Positions 7,901-16,900 of a DNA stretch of 32,000 nucleotides are shown here, in pieces. Below the pieces are notes generated by a model. The model did no database searches. It had not been told where the DNA came from and saw only the letters and a program-made list of their open reading frames with translations. Origin of the DNA: Candidatus Saccharimonadota bacterium (GTDB taxonomy: Bacteria; Patescibacteriota; Microgenomatia; UBA1406; GWC2-37-13). Position numbers and translations under genes: made by a program. The stretch is from positions 930,001 to 962,000 of the forward strand of contig MGBH01000001.1 in the NCBI GenBank assembly GCA_001790095.1, given 5' to 3'. The first letter of the stretch is position 1; each line of letters starts with the position of its first letter.

Positions 7901-10900
7901 ACTTTGGAACCGTCCCCTATCCTTCCGCACTTCCCCTGGTGGAGATACAGGACTGACAGATAGATTATATATTGCAGCAAATGGCAATGTGGGAGTGGGG
8001 ACGACAAATCCAGTGGCAAAACTGGATATTAAAGGAACTTTCTCCTCTGAAGTTGGATATTCATCTTACACTGGCGATGGTGTTTGGAATGCAAATGCTC
8101 GACCTTCTAAAATTATTACGCCGAATTTGCATGAATTGCGATTTGGTTACTCTGATGCAGGAGGAGGTCAATATTATCCATCTATCGGTTTTGCAGCAAA
8201 TAGTACTGCCGTAAATGATTCTCTATTAATTCTCCAGTCAAGAGTCGCTTTAGGTACACCAGAATCATACAATCGATGGCAAGTAAGCGGAGGGGGAACA
8301 ATCAGCTGGGGTGCAGGAAGTGGTGCGGTTGATACAAACCTCTATCGCGTTGCAGCTAATATATTAGGCACCGATGACACACTATATGTAGGCGGCAATA
8401 TAGGCATCGGTACAACTTCCCCCCTTGAAAAACTTGATGTCACAGGCAATGCATCTGCCTCAGGATATGTCACGGTCGGACAAGCAGGAGCTTTAAGAAG
8501 TCAATATGGTCCGCTTAATCTTGCATACAAATCAGGATTAAATACCTGGACAACGGGGATGGTGTTAAAGGATGGAACGGGATATGTGGGGATTGGAACA
8601 ATTAATCCAACGTATTTATTAGATGTATCAGGCGGATCTGGAATTGTGGGAAGATTTAGCGGAAGAGTGATTGGAGGCGATGCAGTTGCTTCAAATGAAT
8701 TCGTAACGTTCGGTCAGTTGGCTGGAGGATCAGGACAGTATTGGCAAAGATCAGGAGAAGCTTTATCACCAAGCAATATTTGGAACTCAATAAATGTGGG
8801 AGCAACTGCAACAGCATCTGCTTATGTACATCTTGCAGGTACTCCGAATGAAAACTCATTTGTAAATACAGGAAATTTTGGCATTGGAACTATCTCTCCT
8901 GTTGCTAAACTTGATGTAGTAGGTAATGCAAGCATCTCCGCTTCTTTATCTTATAGAAGTGGAGCCCCAAATTATGTAAATGTATTAGGTAACCAACCTC
9001 TATCATTCCGAACTTCACCAGGAGGTGACGCAGGATTAACTGATAGATTTACTCTCTTGGCAAATGGAAATATAGGTATAGGAACAACAGCGCCTGCTAC
9101 AAAACTTGACATCGACACAAGTTCAAATACAACCGGATTGCGACTTCGCGGATTAGCGGAAACTGTTGAGATATCAGATATCTATGTTGGATCAAATGGC
9201 ACATTCATATTAGATAATACAGTCGGAACAGGTAGTAGTGGATATATTGATCTTCGTCCTGAAGATAATGATTATGGCATGGTCCTTCGTGAATCCGACG
9301 GTACAGGAACAGGCTCATTTGCCAATTTTTATGTCGTTGACGCTGCTACAGACTACATGAATATTATCGTCAATGGAGCTCAATCAACAACAGGATTGGT
9401 TGTAAATGCAAACGGAAATGTGGGGATAAACAATACTTCCCCCCTTGAAAAACTTGATGTCACAGGCAATGCATCTGCCTCAGGATATGTCACGGTCGGA
9501 CAAGCAGGAGCTTTAAGAAGTCAATATGGTCCTCTTAACTTAGCATATAAGTCTGGAGTGAACTCATGGACTACGGGGATGGTTCTTCAGGATGGGACAG
9601 GAAACGTGGGGATTGGGACAACAAATCCAGTGGCAAAATTACAGGTCTATCCTGGATATACCACAGGAACATACAATGGTATCAATGTATCTGGCGGGAC
9701 AACAGGTGGAACTTATAACGCTTTCTCAACGGATGCATTTGTAAACAGTGGAGCTGGAACAGTTACCGGTTTATCGATCACCAGCAGGATACAAAACGCC
9801 GCTACTTCTTCTAATGCATACGGCATTAATGCTACTGTATATAAGGGTAGCGGTTCAACCGGAACGACAACTGCTATTTATGGAGCTAATTTAAGAGTTC
9901 TAAACTCAAGTAGTGATGTTATTACAGATACTTACGGTCTAAAAATAGCTGACATCTCAAATTCCGGAACCATGAGCAATACTTATGGAGTGTATGTAGG
10001 AGACATTACTGCTGGAACCCAAACCAATACCCCATTCTCATTTTATGCATCTGACGCAAACGCATTAAATTACTTTGCTGGAAATGTCGGAATAGGTTCA
10101 TCTGCTCCCACCTCCTTCAAACTTGAGGTTGCAGGTGACATAGGCCCTGATGCTGATGGTACTCGGGATATTGGTTCACCCTCCAGGTACTATGACACCG
10201 TCTATGCAAACAATGTGGTAGGACTTGGTGCTCTGGGATACTGGTCAAGAGGTACGGGCGTATTGTTTCCTTCAACCACCACTGATGGAGTAGCTGCGAC
10301 AGGTTCAGCAACCACCGTTGCAACATTCACCGCCTCAGGGACAAATGATGCAGCACGTTTGGGAGGATCAGCTAACTATATAACCGTATCCCCCAGTGGA
10401 GATCTTTCATTCACCGGAGCTAATGCTGATGCGATCAATAAAGTATCAGGGACGTTAAATATAAACACAACCAATAACCAGGCGATAACTACCGGGACTG
10501 GTCAGGTCACCTTGGCGGGTAATGTGGATGCCACCAACGGACTTGATGTGACTACCGCTAACCTTACGGTTGGAGGAGCAAACTTTACCGTGGTTCCGGG
10601 TACGGGAAATATCACAACAGCGGGTACTGTTTCCATTGCAACCGGTCAATCATACACAGGAGCAGGCACCGTAACCCTCTCCTCTGCTGCTGCATCGAGT
10701 CTTACCATCAACTCAGGAACAACCGGTGCCATAGCTATTGGGAATGATGCATCTGCCGAAACAATTGGTCTGGGTACTGGTGCGGCAGCAAAAACAATAA
10801 CCATAGGCAATACCACAGGCGCAACCGCACTCAATCAACGGGTGGGTACAGGGAACTATACTCTTGACGGAGTTGCTGGATCAACCTATGCGTTTGGTGC

Positions 10901-13900
10901 ATCAACAACCACTGGCACCATGACAATCGGAGGCACAGCACAGACAGGACTTCTCACTTTGGGACAAAGCTCTGGTACCAATATTGTTGCTATTGGATCA
11001 GGTACAGGAGCAACAACCGTACAGATAGCAAACGGCGCAACAAACGGAAAAACAGTACAGATTGCAACAGGAGCTGTTGCAAATACCGTTTCTATGGGAT
11101 CAACCACGGGCGCATCTGCTACTACTCTTAATGCTGGATCAGGGAATCTTACCCTAAATGCCACATCCGGCAATGTAGCACTTCAAACTACTACAGCCGG
11201 AAATATTACCCTTACGCCAGGAGGCACCGGAGACATAAACATCACGGCTGATGCCGACTCATTTGTAAATATTGCAGGCCTCACAGACAGCACTGGCACC
11301 AGTCTTTGTCTTGATGGTTCAAGCAATCTTATTACTTGTGCAGGAGGAGGCACAGGCAATACATTGCAGGCTGCATATGATAATGGAAATACCATCACCA
11401 CAACCACTGCAAGAAATATTGCATTTACTTTAGGAGAAGTTGCAACACCTACTTCCCTTACTCTTGAAAATCAAGACACAGCCGGAACAAATGCGCAGCG
11501 AATCTTTAATTCCATTGCTTCAGGAACATTGACTAATGGACTTCTGGTTGAACAAACAGGAGCGGGTACCATGACCAGCGGAATAAATATAACACAAACC
11601 GCCGGAACTATATCAAGCGGTCTTACTTTCACTGGGATAACCAATGATATTACAACCGGTGCAAACCAACACCTGGCCCTTATGCCAAATGGAACTGGCA
11701 ATGTGGGTATAGGAACAACAAGTCCTGCTTATAACTTAGAGATCGAGGACGTTGGTGATGCTGCGATATATTTAGAAGCTGATTCCGCCGGAACTGGATC
11801 AGAAGATAATAATGCGTTTATTAAACTGAGTCAAGATGGTTTGCTTGTACAATCAATATTTGGAACTGTAGGCAATGCTGGATATGATCCAGAAAATGTC
11901 GCATATACTAATACCTTAGCTAACGCAACACTCCTGGGAACCTTAGACAATAATGGAGCGCTTCAGTTTGGGACAAACGACGCAGTCCGTATGACAATTG
12001 CAGCAACTGGAAACGTAGGTATTGGGACAACTTCTCCCACTCTTTTTAACCTTCAAGTAACAGGCAATATAGGCCCAACTACTACAAACAACTATGATCT
12101 TGGATTAACAGGTACCAGATGGAGAACAGGATATTTTGGAACTTCTCTTGACTCTCCTTCTTTAACCTATGCAGGTACTCTTGCATTGTCTGCAACAGGA
12201 GCAAATATAATAACGATGTCAACCAATGGATCTGAGAGATGGAGAGTTGCATCCAATGGAGTACTTCAGTCAAACGGTGCACAAACCATACAGACCTCAA
12301 CCGGTAATCTTACTCTTGCAACAGCTGCAGGAAACGGACATATACTTCTTTCTCCAAATGGGACGGGAAATGTGGGGGTGGGGACAACAACACCCACATC
12401 TTTCAAACTTGAAGTTGCCGGTAATATCGGACCTGATAGCGATATTACCAGAAATATAGGAGCATACAATAAGCGAATTGCCAATACATACACAGGAGTA
12501 ATTGATGAAAGCATATTTACCCAGGCAGGTGAAAATGCCATCAAGAATTCTGATCGTTACAATGGTGGACCGGGTGGATGGGGTACTGCGGCAAACTATT
12601 CTGAGGCTGTTGTGGTTGGGCCACAAGGAACAGAGGTACGAGCAATTACAAATTCAACTCCATTGAGCACGGCCGGATTATTAACTGATTATTTACCCGT
12701 TGATCCGAAAAAAGCATATCTGCTTGAATACTGGATCAAGCAGGATGACATAAGTGCAGGAACTGGAACAAATTATATTGGACGTGAAGAATATACAAGC
12801 GGTAAAGCTAATAATGACCAGGGAACCGGCCCGTACACGTGGGGCGGTCAAAAACCCCCTGCAGCAAATACATGGTATCATGTATATGGAATTATTCCTC
12901 CGCATGACTCAGGCGCTGAAGTAAGTCACACAGCAACAAACAGTACGATCACTCCTGGAACTGAGTATAAATTTTGGAGTTCATACACTGCCTATATCAG
13001 GGTTAAGATATATTTAAACTACAACCAACCAAATCCTTCACAGGTCTGGGTAACAGGAGTTGCACTTCGTCCCCTTTCAAGTGGCGGTGTTAATTCTTTT
13101 TTTGCTACACCAGGTGATGCCTCAACCTCGGGAAATCTTGCGTTTGTTACTGGGAAAACAGAAAGACTTACCATCACCTCTAACGGTAATGTTGGTATTG
13201 GTACTACTGCTCCTGCTACAGGCGCAAAATTGGATGTATATGGCGGACCTATCCGGCTTGGAGCAAATACTAGTGCAAACAACCAATTAAATACGACCGC
13301 CGGAAGTGCACCATCAGGAGACCTATATTGGGGCTCTCGAACAATCTGTGATGATTCGGGAAACTGCGGCACAGCCGGAGTGTCGCCTGATTCACTAGAC
13401 TATACAGAATTCCTAGATACCATGACTCTTGATGCAAATCTTATCTTGAATCAAACAACCTACACCTGGACGCAGAACTTTACCGGGACAACGACCACGG
13501 GCTACACTTACAATGCTAACTCTCTCACATCAGGTAAAGCTCTTAGTATCGCTTCTTCTGCTACTGCATTTACCGGCACATTAGCGCAAGTTTCTTTAAC
13601 AGGCAATAACGCCGCCAATACGGGTACCATATTTAAAGCATCTTCAAACGGAGCTTTAAATACCGGCACTGTTGCTATGATTACCAATCTGGGAGCCGGA
13701 ACATCATTTAGAGTAAATGATGAGACAGGAGATGCTGACACTACTCCATTTTTAATCGATGCAGGTGGCAATGTAGGAATAGGTACTACTTCACCTGTTT
13801 CTAAACTTCTTCTTGACGATGTTACTCCAACTATAACGGGATGGCAGAGTCTTACCATAAGAAGCACCGATGCTTTAGCTATAGATAAAGGAGGAACAAT

Positions 13901-16900
13901 CGGTTTTGGAGGCAAGTATACCTCAGGAGGCACATATGCAACATGGGCAGGTATAGCTGGATTGAAAGAAAATGCAACAGATTCAAATACTTCAGGATAT
14001 TTATCGCTGCGGACAAGAGCAAACGGAGGAAACCTAACAGAACAAATGAGAATTGCAAGTAACGGCAATGTCGGCATCGGCACTACAAACCCTTCTCTTT
14101 TTAAACTTCAAGTAACAGGCAATATAGGCCCAACTACTACAAACAACTATGATCTTGGATTAACAGGTACCAGATGGAGAACAGGATATTTTGGAACTTC
14201 TCTTGACTCTCCTTCTTTAACCTATGCAGGTACTCTTGCATTGTCTGCAACAGGAGCAAATATAATAACGATGTCAACCAATGGATCTGAGAGATGGAGA
14301 GTTGCATCCAATGGAGTACTTCAGTCAAACGGTGCACAAACCATACAGACCTCAACCGGTAATCTTACTCTTGCAACAGCTGCAGGAAACGGACATATAC
14401 TTCTTTCTCCAAATGGGACGGGAAATGTGGGTATAGGAACGACGGCGCCAAGCAATCCCCTTGCAGTCATCTCTACCACTACTCCTCAGCTTCGTGTTGG
14501 TTATGACAACACAACCAATTACTTCACATCGGCAGTTGCTTCAAACGGATCAGTCACGTTTAACGCTAATGGAGCATCTGCCGCCTTTACTTTTTCAGAT
14601 CCTACTACAATATCCTCAACCGCAAATCCTGGGCTCACTGTAGGTAACGGTACGACGGGTTATCTGAAAATCGGCGGTTCAACCATATCTGATGCTGCAG
14701 GAAACCTCACATTAGATAGTGACAGTGGTACTATCAGCGCTTCAGATATTTTAAACATGGGTTGGAACGCCATAACTGGCGCATGGATAGGAGATGCTGA
14801 TTCTTATGGAGGCGGAGGATATAACAATATCGCAAATCATAACAATAATCTTATCCGAGCGGATGAAAAGGAAACCGTTACCATGAATAATGGTTGTGAT
14901 GCAGGATCAATCGCTAATATGTTTGATGGTGACCCTTCAACTATTTGTCAACTCACTGATGCTGCACCCAATGAGATCATTACTATAGATATGGGAAGCT
15001 ATGAGCATTATTGGACAGGGTTTGAGATCATGTGGACATATGATCGAGGTACTAACAACGTAACAATAGAAAAATACTGGGATCCTGACTCAACAGGTGG
15101 CTGTGATACGTGGGCAACCATTTATAGCGGAGCAGCTACAGGATACTCTACAAAAGTAAATGCGCCAGGCAATTATATATGTCAGTACCGCATCACAATA
15201 ACTGGTACGCCAGATGTTGCAAATGATGTTCGTATCGGAGACATACGAGGGTTCCAATATTATAACGACCAGAAAAATGATCTATATGCCGATATTACCG
15301 GCGCTACTTTTTACGGTGCAGTACAAGTTGGAACATCTACGACGAACAGAGACCTTGATGTATATGGCAATGTCGGCATAGTCTCCAGTAACACCACCGG
15401 TACCACAACCAGTAGTAGTCTTGGTCTTTCTGCCAACTCCCTCACAACCGGAACAGGTTTGTACGCTGCTTCATCTACCCTAACCTCAGGTAAATTAGTA
15501 GATCTTCAGGTGAGTGGGACTGCTGCAGCTGCATCTCAAACAGGACTTAATATTCTAACTGCCGGTGCCAATGGTACTGCGGGTATCACTTCTTATGGTG
15601 CACAAATATCAAATACCCATACAGGTACTACCTCTACTAATGTTGCCCTCTATCTCAATGCCTCAGGGGGTACTACAGCAAACTATGGTTTGATTGTAAA
15701 CGCTGGTAATGTGGGTATCGGAACGACAGCACCGGGAGCAAAACTTGACGTGTATAATCCATCAGGCACCACCCTTGCTTTAGCAGCCCAGGTCCAAAAC
15801 CTTAATAATGCAACTGGTCAAAATGGGCTTCTTGTCAATGTCGCCCGTGTGACTACAGATGATGCCACATACGGACTCAATGTCCAAGGAGGCGGCACAA
15901 GCCGACTTTACGTGAGAGGTGACGGATTTGTGGGTATTGGTACTACCGCCCAATCAGCCAACTGGCCTACTGATCTGCTTTTTATAAACGGTGAATTTAC
16001 TGCTGACAAATTCAATGATTCAGGAAGCAATAACCGCTATATTGATCCCAATGGCACCTCACGAATAAGCTATCTTGAGATGAGAAACGATCTCACCTTT
16101 ATTGACGCCGGCAATGCCGGCATCGGTAAAATCAACTCAAACGGAAGTTCTGTTATTATTGAAGGCCCTACTGGAGGCACAACAGACCTCTGTGTTGAGG
16201 ATCCTGATACTGGAACAGGCGGAGAATGTGACGGTAAAATCGACGCAGGTACCATCGACCCTCCCTACACTATAAATGGGAAAAAATATGCTACATACAT
16301 GGCCTCCATGACAGGGGTCAAAGAAGAAACTACCGATACCGTACATATTGAGTCAAAGATAGCAGAAGGCAGATATGCGTATGTTATTGACTTTAATAAT
16401 CAACCCATTGGATCTGACTTATGGCTTTTTAGTAAAACAACTCATCTTAAAGATAACCTAGATCATATGAGCGTTCTTCTCACTCCAACTGATGATACAC
16501 GGACGTGGTACAAAGTAGATAACACCGGAGATCATCTCACCCTTATTCTTTATTCTTCACGACCAACACAGATATCATATCGACTTACTGCTCCACGCTT
16601 CAATGCTGAAAATTTTGCCAATATTAGACCAGATAATGCTCCTGGCGGATTCTTGATAAACGATCCCGATATCATAGGTTCCCCCTATACTATCACTGAA
16701 GTTGGATCTTTAACCGATACGCATCATATAGCTTCAACTCAACCAACCAATACCTCGCTTGAAAGCTTAAGAGAGACAATATATCAAGTTGTGCACAACA
16801 CAAGCGGAGAAATGATAGAAGAGGTAGCAGTTTTCAACAAAATATTGATAGGTAAAATCCAGGCTGGTTTTGTGGAAGCACAAAATGCTGTTGTGACCAA

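Noticed and set aside
6896-9583. The regularly recurring near-identical segments as a CRISPR array.
   Set aside because: The repeats are 98-138 bp, unevenly spaced (495, 1020 bp) and part of one continuous ORF with protein-level periodicity. No cas genes are present.
13508-14083. A 191-aa minus-strand ORF, plus many other antisense or off-frame ORFs inside the giant gene (for example 6308..6619, 10886..11173, 12266..12544, 13019..13372, 5668..5910).
   Set aside because: They lie entirely inside the 13.3-kb ORF. Their Pro/Val/Ala-rich low-complexity translations (VVPIPTLP and similar) are just the reverse reading of the GNVGIGTT repeats. They carry no independent start context or motifs.
12051-14431. 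The 326-bp repeat pair as a template/variable repeat of a diversity-generating retroelement.
   Set aside because: The copies are perfectly identical, with no adenine-specific mismatches. Both are in-frame parts of the same gene, and no reverse transcriptase or accessory gene is present in the window.
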